DNA from: Acidobacteriota bacterium
GTDB taxonomy: Bacteria; Acidobacteriota; UBA6911
Direction of reading: 5' to 3'
DNA: 64,000 bases
Assembly (NCBI GenBank): GCA_963664705.1
Contig: OY761556.1
Coordinates: 5,728,001-5,792,000 of the forward strand
This document shows positions 48,619 to 59,483 of this stretch, piece after piece. Under the pieces are notes generated by a model that did no database searches, was not told where the DNA came from, and worked only from the letters and a program-made list of their open reading frames with translations. Position 1 is the first letter of the stretch; each line of letters starts with the position of its first letter. The position numbers and the translations under genes were made by a program.

Positions 48619-50640
48619 TCATATTCCCAGCTTGCCTCTGGCAGCCATGGTATCTGCCATCTTTTTCATGCCGAAATCTTCCAAGGTCTTTCTGGTCGGC
48701 CAACCGTGGACAGTATCCCAGCCCTCCAATTTGTAGAAGTGGGTCTTAAATTCCTCTACGCCACCCTTGTCCAGATATATATCCGGCAGGTTGTCCCAAT
48801 GCCATTTGCCATCTTCGTACACCGGGACTCCACCAAAAGCGGCCATCCCAGCGGCTCCGGGCCTGTACATGTACGGGAAGAACACTTCTTGCTCCCGGCT
48901 TAGGCCCGCCATAGTTCGAATTGCCCGCTCCAGGGTCCAGATCTTCCTGCCAGTTTCCATGGTATCCGCAAAAGAAATTTTGCTGCCGGTAACAGCCCGA
49001 TAATAGCGCATCTCCATGTCGGGAGTGACCGTGTTCAGTCGCGGCAGGAAAAATTCACAGAAAGCCATGGATTCGTTCCAGAAACTTGCATAATGCCTGG
49101 TCCAAGCCACCTCCTTGGCTTTATGCTCGGAATAGATGCCCGTTTTTCTGGCTTCGTCTCCTTTCCAGGCGTAGTTGAACATGAAGATATCATTATAAGG
49201 AATGACCCTTGCGGAAAGCCGTTCCAAAACCTTCTCAATGGGAGTGCCATCCCGGGAAGTCCCGACGGCCGAGCTGAACCCATGCCAACTGGGATCTCCT
49301 GCTCCGAGCAGGTAGTTATAAGCCCATTCAACGTACGGCATGGTCCAATGCCCTGTGGCTCCCCAGGCCGGGAACCGCAAGGCGCCGGACTCCATGTCCT
49401 GTTCCAGCCGCCCCCATTTCTTGGCCGCTTCGCAGACGCCTTCGGCTATGGCGTCGCCGATTCCTTCTCGCCGGGCTATGGCATCAAGGAACGCTTCGCG
49501 GAAGACCAATTCTCCCCATTGGTCCATGGGCAGCGGAGCCGATTCGATCTGCTTTCCCGGACCCAGCACGCCCTGCTCATAGAGGTAACGCAGATACCAG
49601 CCGATTCCTGTTTCCATCGGCACTTTTTTGTGGAAGAACTCCGGCGCATTGGGAACGTCCGACACGAACGCTCCTAAAAAATGAGCCGCCCAGGAACTGG
49701 CTCCGTATTTCATCAATGCTCCTGCAGCACGGTCTGCAGCCTCCGTTCCACGATCGCCCAGCCACAACTGACTGGTGCACATGGTTTCGCCGCCATATAA
49801 GGTGTTGCGTCGACGGTCGGCACGGAGGCAGGAATTACAGGAACCATCCCCGGGTACTGCGGCACCAAATTGTCCTGTCGTTATCGGAGTCTGCATATCG
49901 GCCAATCTGGCGTCCAGGACGCCCTTGGGATCCGCCATCTTCACATTGCCGGTCCCCGTCACGCTGATGGCCTTCAAATTCTTCGCCCCAAAGATCGCGC
50001 CGTAGCCGCTAACGAGGCTGCTGCAGCCGCTGCCGTGAATCAAGGCTGCCAAACTGGACTTGGTCTCTCCAATTGGGCCGATGCAAACGATCTGAGGTCT
50101 GGCCGTTGTATAGGCGTTCCCAATCTGCTGCCATTCATCACCGAAGCGAGTCCTTCCGGCAACCATGGATTCAATCCGGTTCTGAGTTGTCCAGGTATCC
50201 AAGCCCCAGAGCTCCTTCGCTTCCTCGATTTTGACTTGGTCGTTGATGATATTGATCCATACCGGCCTTTCCGCCCGGCCTTCCACTACCACGCCATCCC
50301 ACCCCGCCAACTTCAACATGGTGGCAAAACGGCCGCCAAAATTGCCGCGGTGGAATTCCCGAGTTGGAAAGGTTTCCGGACAGATGCCGCAGACACTGGT
50401 TCTGCCGGCTCCGGGAACGCCCGTAGCCGCCAATCGACCCGCCATGATAGGAAGGACATGGCGCGGATCGTAGGGATCCTTCAAATCCCATTCGCCCGGG
50501 GCGACCGCGAGATCCCAGAAGATGGCTGCGCCCATACCATAGCCGCCGCCGTATTCCTCGTATTTTGCGGTGTCGATTGTGCTGATTTCTTTTGTTGTCA
50601 GATTGACTCGTGCAATTTTACCTGTGAATCCATTGGCCAT
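48619..50640 (-). CDS. Second AOR/YdhV-family oxidoreductase
   Basis: Paralogue of 41867-43915 (NFGG..LKLAGWDG, FGAKNLKA, HWTMPYVEWAY). Confidence 0.9.
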   Translation of the reverse strand: MANGFTGKIARVNLTTKEISTIDTAKYEEYGGGYGMGAAIFWDLAVAPGEWDLKDPYDPRHVLPIMAGRLAATGVPGAGRTSVCGICPETFPTREFHRGNFGGRFATMLKLAGWDGVVVEGRAERPVWINIINDQVKIEEAKELWGLDTWTTQNRIESMVAGRTRFGDEWQQIGNAYTTARPQIVCIGPIGETKSSLAALIHGSGCSSLVSGYGAIFGAKNLKAISVTGTGNVKMADPKGVLDARLADMQTPITTGQFGAAVPGDGSCNSCLRADRRRNTLYGGETMCTSQLWLGDRGTEAADRAAGALMKYGASSWAAHFLGAFVSDVPNAPEFFHKKVPMETGIGWYLRYLYEQGVLGPGKQIESAPLPMDQWGELVFREAFLDAIARREGIGDAIAEGVCEAAKKWGRLEQDMESGALRFPAWGATGHWTMPYVEWAYNYLLGAGDPSWHGFSSAVGTSRDGTPIEKVLERLSARVIPYNDIFMFNYAWKGDEARKTGIYSEHKAKEVAWTRHYASFWNESMAFCEFFLPRLNTVTPDMEMRYYRAVTGSKISFADTMETGRKIWTLERAIRTMAGLSREQEVFFPYMYRPGAAGMAAFGGVPVYEDGKWHWDNLPDIYLDKGGVEEFKTHFYKLEGWDTVHGWPTRKTLEDFGMKKMADTMAARGKLGI

Positions 50641-50655
50641 ATCTATTCTCCTTCC

Positions 50656-51405
50656 TTAGGACTTTGACGCCGGTGGTTCTTTGGCGGTTGGGGTTCCCGG
50701 CTTACGAGACGGCGTCTTCGGCATCGGAGGAGCCAGATTGACGTCGTACCCGGATACATCCTCCTGCGGAGGAGCTTCATGGACAATTTTGAGCGCCTTG
50801 GCTGGACAGCACGTAACACATGCGGGTTCCCCATCGGGGCCCCCCTTTTTGCTCCAGAAAGGCGCGTCGATGCATAGGTCGCACTTGGAAGATTTGTTCT
50901 TGTAGGGATTCCAGACCGTCCGATGAGGCCGTTGAGGGCAGAACTGGATGCACCGCTTGCAGCCGATGCACTTGGCCTGATCGATGACCCGGACATTACC
51001 GTGTTCGGTATCAACATGAGCGGCGCCGGTCGGACAATTCTGGACGCAGAGCGGTGATATGCATTGACGGCAGGCTGCCATAACGACGTCGAGTGGGTAC
51101 TTGGTGAACGATGGAGCATCCCGGACAATCTGAATTCGGGACAGGGCAGGATTCGCTTCTCCTTGATGCGTCATGGAACATGCAAACATACAGCTTTGGC
51201 AACCCCAGCATAGACGACTGTCATAAACGATGTAGCCGGTGGATGCAGGATACGTTGCTTTCGTATCAGCAGGGAATGCCGTCGTTGCTGAAACTCCCGG
51301 AACGCCAACTGCAAGCGCTCCTCCAGCCAGAGCTGCGCCACTACCGACTAGAAACTCACGCCTGTGCACTCTCTTTTTGCTGTCGGCCTTTTCTGATTCA
51401 GCCAT
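50656..51405 (-). CDS. Second Tat-signal 4Fe-4S ferredoxin subunit
   Basis: HRREFL Tat motif; Cys clusters; paralogue of 41073-41852. Confidence 0.88.
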   Translation of the reverse strand: MAESEKADSKKRVHRREFLVGSGAALAGGALAVGVPGVSATTAFPADTKATYPASTGYIVYDSRLCWGCQSCMFACSMTHQGEANPALSRIQIVRDAPSFTKYPLDVVMAACRQCISPLCVQNCPTGAAHVDTEHGNVRVIDQAKCIGCKRCIQFCPQRPHRTVWNPYKNKSSKCDLCIDAPFWSKKGGPDGEPACVTCCPAKALKIVHEAPPQEDVSGYDVNLAPPMPKTPSRKPGTPTAKEPPASKS

Positions 51406-51898
51406 TGGGCATTCTCCTCATCAGTGTGATTTTATCTTGGTTATTAAGCCCACATCTTCTCGCTACTGTGTGCAGATCATTGGGCTCGCAACTGCTTTAA
51501 TGCTCCATTTTGCCATTTATTGGAAACACCAGGCTCGATCCCGGCCATTACATGAGTCGCATCTTTCGCAACTTTGCCCCATGGATACGCTTCATCCAAT
51601 GTGCTTGAAGCAAGCCCGCCATCGTGGATCAAGGCCGTTCGCAATCGTGCTCCAGATTCAAGCCGAAGGTGTAGCTCATGACCACTGAGTCGTTGATTAA
51701 ATCCTTTGGAATTCCTCCGGCAATATTATATATTGCCGCTGTTCCCAGCCTTTTTACCACAATCTGAGTGATCCTCTACCGATAAATTCTCAGAGAAGAA
51801 TTCTTACTTTCCTGCGATGATGCAGTAAAACCCGGGCTCGCGGATCTCCGCTATCATCCGCGTACAAATGGGGAAGCGACAGATTTTCAAATACCCGG

Positions 51899-52167
51899 TT
51901 GATTTTAAGGAACAGAATGGCGCACGCCAGAACGACTCGTTTGTTTCCATCAATAAATGCACGGTTGCGGACAAGGTGAAACAGGTAGGCGGCTGCTATT
52001 TCAGGAGGGAATTCGTGGAAATATTGGCTGCCGAAACCCGCTTGCGGCATTGCCAGCGCTGCTTCCAACAGACCCGCATCTCATAACCCCCGCGTACCTC
52101 CATATCGTTGAATTAGTTCCTTGTGCAGTGCCAGAACGTCCTCCAGGGTGAGAAAGGCAATTTCCAT
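51899..52167 (-). pseudogene. doc: Doc (death-on-curing) toxin pseudogene
   Basis: FLTLEDVLALH...GL*DAGLLEAAL...RAFIDGNKR: internal stop and catalytic His lost. Confidence 0.8.
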
Positions 52168-52169
52168 AA

Positions 52170-52350
52170 GGCCTCACTCTGCGGTTTTTTTTCAGAGCAT
52201 TTCCGAACTCATGGTGAATCTCGTCAATATCAGAACGAACCATTTTCCGACGGCGGTTGCTGGAAACTCGGGCGATGATCAGGCAGCGTCCGTCGAATGC
52301 AATCGTCAGCGGCGTGGTCTCAACGCCCATTGTTCTAGGATAGGTTTATT
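52170..52350 (-). pseudogene. AbrB-type antitoxin remnant upstream of doc
   Basis: PILEQWALRPR/ETTPLTIAFDGRCLII...HHEFGNALKK, frameshifted. Confidence 0.55.
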
Positions 52351-52589
52351 AACTCCAAAAAGGCGGTATTTGTGGGTCGCAGCTTTCTATTGGATACCGT
52401 GCCGGCAATGCCTTTACGATGCCATTTGAAACGATTGATCAATCTTACCTGATTGACCATGCTCTATCTGCGCCCATCCAAATGGTAGCCGCGTTCTTGG
52501 ATCTATGACGGAAAGTCCAGTTTGGATGAGGCTTTGGCCAACGAGTCCATGCCGTTGTTCGTCTTTCAAAGTTTGTCTCTGTCATTGTG

Positions 52590-54398
52590 TTATGCCGGCA
52601 GGCCAATGCGGCGACAGAAATGGGCAACGCGTGGGTCTGAGCGCATGGGATCGAACGGCGGAAATGCCTGCAAACCGATCATTAACCAATCGCGCTGTTC
52701 GTAGCCTTGCTCCAGGTATCGAAACGCTTCATCTCTTTCTCCGAGGAGATAATAAACAAGCGACAAAATGAGCGGACTCACACCAGGTCCTTCTTTGACC
52801 TCGAGAGCTTCACGCAAAGTTTTCCGCGCCTGTTCATTCCTTCCGGCAAGCGCGTGGATCCAGGCCACGAGCTCCGGCCTCATGCCAACTTGAGCAAACT
52901 CTGCGAGAGCTTCTTCGTATCTCGACTGAAGAGCGTATATGTGAGCGAGACCAACATGAGCCGGAAAGCAATTCGGATCAAGCTCGAGCACCTTATGCAA
53001 TTGCCTAATGGCTTCATCGTATTGGCGTGCATTAAACATGGCGAAAGCCAGGTCATAATTGGCATTGCCCGAAAACGGGTCCAACTCCCGTGCATGCCGA
53101 GCCTCCACAAGGGCTTGCTCGCATCGCCCCATGAGCGATAGGAATTCTGAATATGCGCGGTGCACATTGCTCGATCCGGGCTCCAAATTGATGGCGCGGA
53201 GGAAGCCCGCGTCGGCGCCTGCCCAGTCCCAATCGTTTAAGGCTTTAATGATTGCCAGGGAAGTGTGAGCGTTGGCGAGGTCGGGGTCCAGTTCAATAGC
53301 GCGATGTGCAGCTTCTCTTGCCTGGAGGGCTAACTTCCTCGGTAAACCCTGGTAGAAAGCTTGAAAAACAAAAGTGTCGGCAATGCCGGCGTAAGCTGGT
53401 GCGTAAAGCGGGTCCTCTTCCGCGGCTTGTTGGAAATGCGCAAGGGCCTTCTCATGATCGTACGGGTTTGCCCGATTCAGGTAGTAGCGACCCTTGAGAT
53501 AAAGCTCGTAAGCTTGCGGCGCAACCGTGCGTGTTGCGGCTGCCCGCGCAGGGGTGAGTTGGACGTGAACGCGCATAGCGATCATCTGTGCCACCTCGCG
53601 CTGGAGGGCGAGGATGCTGCTCATTTCACGTTCATAGCTTTGTGCCCAGATATGGGTTTGATCGCTGGCCTGGATGAGTTGGGCGGTGATCCGTACCCTA
53701 CCGTCGGCGCGCCGCATGCTCCCCTCAACAATATATTCGACGCCCAGATCTCGCCCGATTTCCTTAATGCTCTTGCTTGTCGCCTTGTATCTCATCATGG
53801 AGGTGCGGGCAATAACGCCCAGGCGCGCCGGATTCAAGCCGGCGAGCTGAGTTATCAGCTCTTCCGTCATGCCATCCACGAAGAATTCTTCTTCGGCAAT
53901 GCCAGTCAGATTTATCAGGGGCAGGACTGCCAGCATCAGCTTTCTCATGGCCGGAGCGGCATCGACAGAAGGTACGCTGCGAAGCTGCTGTACCGGCGCA
54001 ATGAAGCGGTATCCGCGGCGTGGAACCGTTTGAATATATTTTGGATTTTCCGCAGAGTCGCCGATCGCCTCACGAAGTTTGTTGATCGCGGTGTTGAGGC
54101 CGTGATCGAAATCTACAAACGTGTCCGCCTGCCAGAGGTTCTGCCGCAACACATCACGCGTGACCATGTCGCCGGGTCTTTCCAGAAGGAGAACCAAAAT
54201 TTGTAAAGGTTTATCCTGGATCCTGACCAGTGTCCCGCGCTTTCTCAACTCGCCGGTGCGAGCATCAAACTCGAACACTCCGAAGCGGGATACCAGCGAT
54301 GGCCCGTCAACATTGCGCACAGGCGTCTCCTTGATTTTGCGGAGTTTACCATCATCCCGAAGACAAGCCAAGCACTGCGCAAACATCCTATGCGCCAC
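52590..54398 (-). CDS. wHTH (OmpR/CadC-type)-TolB-like-TPR transcriptional regulator
   Basis: RFGVFEFD..IQTVPRRGYRF; LAVLPLINL; TPR repeats; start uncertain (probably near 54320). Confidence 0.9.
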   Translation of the reverse strand: MAHRMFAQCLACLRDDGKLRKIKETPVRNVDGPSLVSRFGVFEFDARTGELRKRGTLVRIQDKPLQILVLLLERPGDMVTRDVLRQNLWQADTFVDFDHGLNTAINKLREAIGDSAENPKYIQTVPRRGYRFIAPVQQLRSVPSVDAAPAMRKLMLAVLPLINLTGIAEEEFFVDGMTEELITQLAGLNPARLGVIARTSMMRYKATSKSIKEIGRDLGVEYIVEGSMRRADGRVRITAQLIQASDQTHIWAQSYEREMSSILALQREVAQMIAMRVHVQLTPARAAATRTVAPQAYELYLKGRYYLNRANPYDHEKALAHFQQAAEEDPLYAPAYAGIADTFVFQAFYQGLPRKLALQAREAAHRAIELDPDLANAHTSLAIIKALNDWDWAGADAGFLRAINLEPGSSNVHRAYSEFLSLMGRCEQALVEARHARELDPFSGNANYDLAFAMFNARQYDEAIRQLHKVLELDPNCFPAHVGLAHIYALQSRYEEALAEFAQVGMRPELVAWIHALAGRNEQARKTLREALEVKEGPGVSPLILSLVYYLLGERDEAFRYLEQGYEQRDWLMIGLQAFPPFDPMRSDPRVAHFCRRIGLPA

Positions 54399-54560
54399 AA
54401 ACTGACAAAATGCAAATAGTTAGCGGGTGACAAAAAGTTGAGCGACAGGTGATAAGCGGTGTATTGAAAATTTGAATAGAATGAGCAAGATTGAAGCTGA
54501 ATCGGAGCCGCCCAACTTAGGGGGCGCATATACATCATCAAACATACGAGAAGGAGGCAT

Positions 54561-55403
54561 GTGGTGAAATTGAGCAAATCAATGAATGGCATGTGGGTGT
54601 GCTTTCTGATTGCGGTTGTCTTTAATGGCCTCCTGTCGGCCGCGACTGTCGATGGCATCCAAATACATTCGTCGGTCAGCGGCAAAGGACCGAAAACAAT
54701 CATTCTGGTACACGGCTGGACATGCGATGAAACCACCTGGCAATCACAGGTTTCCGCACTTGCGGGGGATTTCCAAGTCATCACCCTGGATTTGCCCGGG
54801 CACGGACGCAGCGGCTCGCCCAAAGACGGCAAGTTTTCTGTGGATTTATTTGCTCGCGCTATCGAGGCCGTCCGGAGCGAAGCAAAGGCCGATCGGGTTG
54901 CGCTGGCAGGGCACAGCATGGGCACTCCGGTGGTCATTCAATACGCGCGGCTGTACCCACAGCACACGGTTGCCCTGGTTCTTGTAGACGGGCTGGTTTC
55001 GGCGCCCCCCCAATCTCTCGTTACCTCTATGGCGGATCAATTCACGGGGCCGGACGGGTTGAAGGCGCGCGAAGGTATGATTCGAAGCATGTTTTCAGCC
55101 ACCACCTCTCCGGACATACAGAAGCATATTTTATCAATGATGTTGAGAGCGCCAGTGGCAACAGCGGTAGGTGCGCTGAAAGCAGCGCTGGATCCCGCCA
55201 TTTGGAAGGAGGATGTGTTCAATATTCCTGTTCTTGGAGTTTTTGCGGATTCGCCCTCGGCTGATGCCGGCGCGTCGATGAAATCCCGTTTCCCACAGCT
55301 GGAATACCACATGATTCCAGGCGCGGGTCATTTCCTGATGCTGGAAAAGGCGGAGGAGTTCAATCGCCTGCTTAAAGCTTTCCTCGTAAAACAAGCATTC
55401 TGA
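54561..55403 (+). CDS. Secreted alpha/beta hydrolase
   Basis: VHGW, DLPGHG, GHSMG, GHF. Confidence 0.9.
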   Translation: MVKLSKSMNGMWVCFLIAVVFNGLLSAATVDGIQIHSSVSGKGPKTIILVHGWTCDETTWQSQVSALAGDFQVITLDLPGHGRSGSPKDGKFSVDLFARAIEAVRSEAKADRVALAGHSMGTPVVIQYARLYPQHTVALVLVDGLVSAPPQSLVTSMADQFTGPDGLKAREGMIRSMFSATTSPDIQKHILSMMLRAPVATAVGALKAALDPAIWKEDVFNIPVLGVFADSPSADAGASMKSRFPQLEYHMIPGAGHFLMLEKAEEFNRLLKAFLVKQAF

Positions 55404-55471
55404 TTTCAACTCCATGGCACAGAATGTATCACCTGTTTTTCGCACGAATTGGCATGAAAGGCAGAAAAGTC

Positions 55472-56131
55472 ATGAAACTGCAGCGACTGGGAGGATACTC
55501 GGCAATCGCATCCGTAATTGGGGTGGCGGTTTATATTGCACTTGTCATCTCGGGAATCAATATAGATCTGAGCGAGCCGGCTAAGTTCATTGCTGCCGTA
55601 TCGGCCACGCCCGTCAGTTTTTATGCACTTTGCGTGTTACAGATTGTTCGCTTCACTCTTTGGCAGATCATGTTTATTGCACTTTACGAACGCGTGCAAA
55701 ACAAATCGACTCCACTTGCCCGAGCGTCTCTGATGGCTGCATCAACCAGCATCGCAGTTTTGATTACGGTTGCTATCCTGTATTTCAACACCATCCGAAT
55801 TGTTCTTCAGCAAAGGATTCCAATGCAGGATTTTGCAGCTTATGGGGCTATTGATGCAATCGCCGGCGGATTGATTCTTGCGACCGCTCACTTTTTGGGC
55901 TGGGCTTTTCTGCTGATGGGATGTGCAATCATAAGAGCGTGCGCTTTTTCAGCCATTCTAGGCTGGTTGTTTGCCATAACGGGTCTCTTTGGAATAATGG
56001 CTTTCATTTATCTGCCATTGGCGTCCGTTTTCCTTCTGATGGTTTGTGTGGTTTCTTCCTGGGTTGGAGCCGCAATGCTTCGGAAGAAGAAGCCCCAATC
56101 CGTCTTGGAGGAAGTTGCGGTTTCGAAATGA
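55472..56131 (+). CDS. Multi-pass membrane protein (DUF4386-like)
   Basis: Six TM segments; starts MKLQRLGGY. Confidence 0.7.
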   Translation: MKLQRLGGYSAIASVIGVAVYIALVISGINIDLSEPAKFIAAVSATPVSFYALCVLQIVRFTLWQIMFIALYERVQNKSTPLARASLMAASTSIAVLITVAILYFNTIRIVLQQRIPMQDFAAYGAIDAIAGGLILATAHFLGWAFLLMGCAIIRACAFSAILGWLFAITGLFGIMAFIYLPLASVFLLMVCVVSSWVGAAMLRKKKPQSVLEEVAVSK

Positions 56132-56155
56132 GCCGACTTCTGTTCGCCACGTTTG

Positions 56156-56222
56156 AACCCGCAAAGACCGCAAAGGCTGCGAAGAAAGAATTTCTTAGCG
56201 GTCTCCGGGGGCCTTCGTGGTT
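56156..56222. repeat. REP-like imperfect inverted repeat
   Basis: AACCCGCAAAGACCGCAAAG...CTTAGCGGTCT..CTTCGTGGTT in the intergenic region. Confidence 0.45.
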
Positions 56223-56546
56223 AGTCAGGCAGATTTCGGAAAATGCATGCGTCGCACAAACTTTCCTACCCCGGGGATAAACCTCACAAAATCAAACGAA
56301 GGCAGCGCTTTTAGGATGACGAGACCGCTGTCCCGCTCATTAAAGGCTCTTTCGAACCATGCAAAAGCCTGAATCAGGCGCCCCAGCTGAGGGCCAGGAT
56401 GGCCATGGCGTAGTTTGATTTGCCATCCCGTTACTTGCCTTATTAAGGATGGTTCTGTGGATGACTTTGCCACGCCTAAGCCAAGGCCACTGGACAATTC
56501 AAACGGGTTCGAAACAAAACAGGCCTTTTACAGACAGGGGGGATCT

Positions 56547-56729
56547 ATGAAGCTTCAGAGACTCGGAGGATATGCTGCTTTTGCTTCTATTTGTGCCTGT
56601 CTGGCGGCTGTTCCTATATACATCTCATACTGGACCATTTTGGACTGTTTCGAAATAACTGATTGGTTTACTTTGCACTTCATAAACACATCCAGAACAG
56701 AGTGTCTTGGCTTACCCGCATACCGGTGA
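56547..56729 (+). pseudogene. Truncated duplicate of the 55472 membrane protein
   Basis: MKLQRLGGYAAFAS start, then diverges. Confidence 0.6.
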
Positions 56730-56762
56730 TTATGGCATCGACCGGCACCATTGCTTGTTGAT

Positions 56763-56791
56763 CATCATCGAATCATCATCGAAACGTCATG
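56763..56791. promoter_or_regulatory. 11-bp-periodic direct-repeat operator, copy 1
   Basis: CATCATCGAATCATCATCGAAACGTCATG; 28/29 identical to 62308-62336. Confidence 0.7.
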
Positions 56792-56856
56792 CAGCGGCGG
56801 GACAATTGCCGCATCATATCTCGGCAAAGGGATAAGAAATCGCTTTGGAGGGGCAT

Positions 56857-58413
56857 ATGAGGGTATTGGAAATTGTCTTTCTCGCTTTAACCGTGGCTGC
56901 GCTCATCGGGTTGCTGAAGGACAACGCGGGTAAGTCGCGCGTCTTTTCCGTGATTTTGGGGTGCACCTTCCTGGCGCTCATGCTGCATCTAATAATTGAA
57001 GGTTGGCGCTGGCAGGTGGTTCCTGGATACGGTGCGGGCGCAGCAATCCTGATCATTTCGGCGAAGAGGATGTTTCGGAAGCACGATGCCGACGACCAGC
57101 GGCGAAAATGGTTCCGAACAGCGCTGAAGTTTCTACTCTCGGGCACAGCAATGATCCTGGTGCTGATTTCTGGGATTCTTTCCTGGGCCTTCCCGGTTTT
57201 TAAATTGCCGGATCCGACGGGACCCTATCGGGTCGGCCAATCGCAGTGGTTTCTGTTGGACAAATCACGCGAAGAAACACAGACAGTTGAACCTGGCGAT
57301 TGCCGCGAACTTTCGGTCCTGAGCTGGTATCCAGCCGAAGCTACGGGTATGACCAAGATGGCAGAATATTTTCCCAAAGGCATAGCCAAAGCTATCCTCG
57401 CCGACTCACATGCATCGAGCCTGCTTGGATTAGCACGCCTTCGGGAAACCGGTGTGGGATTCTTTTTTGACTATATGCGTCTTGTTCACACCCATGCATA
57501 TCCAAATGCGGCCGTCTCACCAAAGCACCCCCCATATCCGGTGCTTGTTTTTTCGCATGGTTACGGTGCTCTCCCTGCACAAAATACCGTATTGATGGAA
57601 GAACTGGCCAGCCATGGTTACGCCGTTTTCAGTATCGGACACACTTATGAATCCCTGGTAGAAATTTTTCCTGATGGGCGAAAAATCCGATACTCACCCA
57701 GGTTTAGTGTTGATTCAGTGATTTCCAAGCTGGGAAACGAGATAGAAAAAAGCAAAGTGGATGATTTGGCGGCATTGATCGCGATCTTCAAGAGATACAA
57801 CACAACGAAAGCTTTCGAGAGTATCCCCATTTGGTTGGCGGATACCCGGTTTGTTATCGATTGGCTGGAAGAGAAGAATGCCAAAGACCCCGAGAGCCCT
57901 TTTTACGGGCGGCTCGATTTAACCAAGCTGGGTGTTTTGGGAATGTCATACGGGGGATCCACCGCCTGCCAGATTGCCTTTGAGGACCAGCGTGTAAAAG
58001 CCGTCATCAATATGGACGGCGGCACGCCGCTTGGAGATTCGATCGACTATTCGTTCGACATCCCCGTCATGTTTATGAAATCCGAACCACCACTAACGGT
58101 ACTTGCAGGAACTCATCGAAAGATGATCGAGTACATGATGGGGAGAACCCACAATGCTTTCTATAGCATTTTCGTCAGCGGAGCGCGGCATCTCAATTTT
58201 ACCGATATTTCCATATTCTCACCCGTTTTGAAATATACAAGCGAGAAAATTGGCAACATTGATGGCGATAAGATGTTGAATATTATGAACTGCTACATTG
58301 TTGCATTCTTTGACAAACATCTAAAGGGAATCGATTCACCGCTTCTCAACGGTCCTTCAGCGGACTTCCCGGAAGTAATATTTAAGGCACGGATTCCACA
58401 TACCTCCGACTAA
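56857..58413 (+). CDS. Membrane-anchored PAF-acetylhydrolase-like alpha/beta hydrolase
   Basis: LPDPTGPYRVG, FSHGYG, EELASHGY, GMSYGG, HLNFTD. Confidence 0.88.
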   Translation: MRVLEIVFLALTVAALIGLLKDNAGKSRVFSVILGCTFLALMLHLIIEGWRWQVVPGYGAGAAILIISAKRMFRKHDADDQRRKWFRTALKFLLSGTAMILVLISGILSWAFPVFKLPDPTGPYRVGQSQWFLLDKSREETQTVEPGDCRELSVLSWYPAEATGMTKMAEYFPKGIAKAILADSHASSLLGLARLRETGVGFFFDYMRLVHTHAYPNAAVSPKHPPYPVLVFSHGYGALPAQNTVLMEELASHGYAVFSIGHTYESLVEIFPDGRKIRYSPRFSVDSVISKLGNEIEKSKVDDLAALIAIFKRYNTTKAFESIPIWLADTRFVIDWLEEKNAKDPESPFYGRLDLTKLGVLGMSYGGSTACQIAFEDQRVKAVINMDGGTPLGDSIDYSFDIPVMFMKSEPPLTVLAGTHRKMIEYMMGRTHNAFYSIFVSGARHLNFTDISIFSPVLKYTSEKIGNIDGDKMLNIMNCYIVAFFDKHLKGIDSPLLNGPSADFPEVIFKARIPHTSD

Positions 58414-58435
58414 CTCCCAGAGGAGAGACGCGATC

Positions 58436-59368
58436 ATGAAGTATTTGAAATGGATCATGGCGGTTTTGGCAGTCCTAATAATTGCTATAGCGGTGTATCC
58501 ATTCTTCGTGCGCGACACCGAGACCATCGTGTTGGACGATGCTGCAAGGGCATCGATGCCGAACGAATCCTTCGTGAAACTGTCGGACGGGTACACCCAT
58601 TACCAATGGGGCGGCCCTAAGGACGGCCCGACTGTGGTGTTGGTACATGGCGCCGGAGCTCCCTATTTTATGTGGGAATATCAGTTCGGCGCGCTGGTGC
58701 AGGCCGGCTTTCACGTCCTCCGCTATGACCTCTTCGGACGAGGCTTGTCGGATCGGCCGAGCGTGTACACGGCAGACCTTTACGATCGGCAATTGCTTGA
58801 ACTACTCGATTCGCAGGGCATTAAAGCGCCCGTAGATTTGGCCGGCATATCGATGGGCGGCGCTATCACGGTTCGGTTCATCGATCGTCATCCCGAGCGT
58901 GTGAGGAAATTCGCCCTCTTTGGAGTGGGATCCTCCGGGCATCTTCCGCTGTATATGCGAATTCTCAGTTTGCCGCTCGTTGGCGAGTGGGTTATGAAAG
59001 GCTTTCTTGAAAAGGCGATTAAATCAAATAGTCAGAGCGTTATGCGCGATCCCGACAAATCTCGGGAATATATGCAGAAAATACTACAGCAAATGCAGTA
59101 CAAAGGAACCAGGCGTGCGCTCCTGGAAACACTGCGGGACGGCTTTGGCGGATTGATGCCGCTCTACGAGCGTGTTGGCAAGAGCGGCAAGCCAGGCATC
59201 CTGTTCTCGGGAACCGAGGATCTCCTGGTGCCATTTGCGGAGCACGCTCAGGTGCAGGCGGCCATTCCGTCTATCGAGTTTCACGCCGTCCAAGGTGCAG
59301 GCCATGACAGCATTTTTGAGGCGCCCGACGCTGTAAATCCGCTGCTGATCGAATTTTTGAAACGGTAA
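58436..59368 (+). CDS. Alpha/beta hydrolase
   Basis: VHG, YDLFGRGLSDRP, GISMGG, GH. Confidence 0.9.
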   Translation: MKYLKWIMAVLAVLIIAIAVYPFFVRDTETIVLDDAARASMPNESFVKLSDGYTHYQWGGPKDGPTVVLVHGAGAPYFMWEYQFGALVQAGFHVLRYDLFGRGLSDRPSVYTADLYDRQLLELLDSQGIKAPVDLAGISMGGAITVRFIDRHPERVRKFALFGVGSSGHLPLYMRILSLPLVGEWVMKGFLEKAIKSNSQSVMRDPDKSREYMQKILQQMQYKGTRRALLETLRDGFGGLMPLYERVGKSGKPGILFSGTEDLLVPFAEHAQVQAAIPSIEFHAVQGAGHDSIFEAPDAVNPLLIEFLKR

Positions 59369-59483
59369 TCATATTTTGTTGCATACCTGGCCTCGTGCTG
59401 CTGCATCAATCATGAGTGGTATCATGTTCATTCCGGATACCGATTGTTAACAAAAAGCGCTTTTGGCCGAAACAGGGGACCGT

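Noticed and set aside
53361-54206. 281-aa ORF, and similar antisense ORFs at 49870-50667 and 29558-30148
   Set aside because: Antisense shadows of well-supported genes
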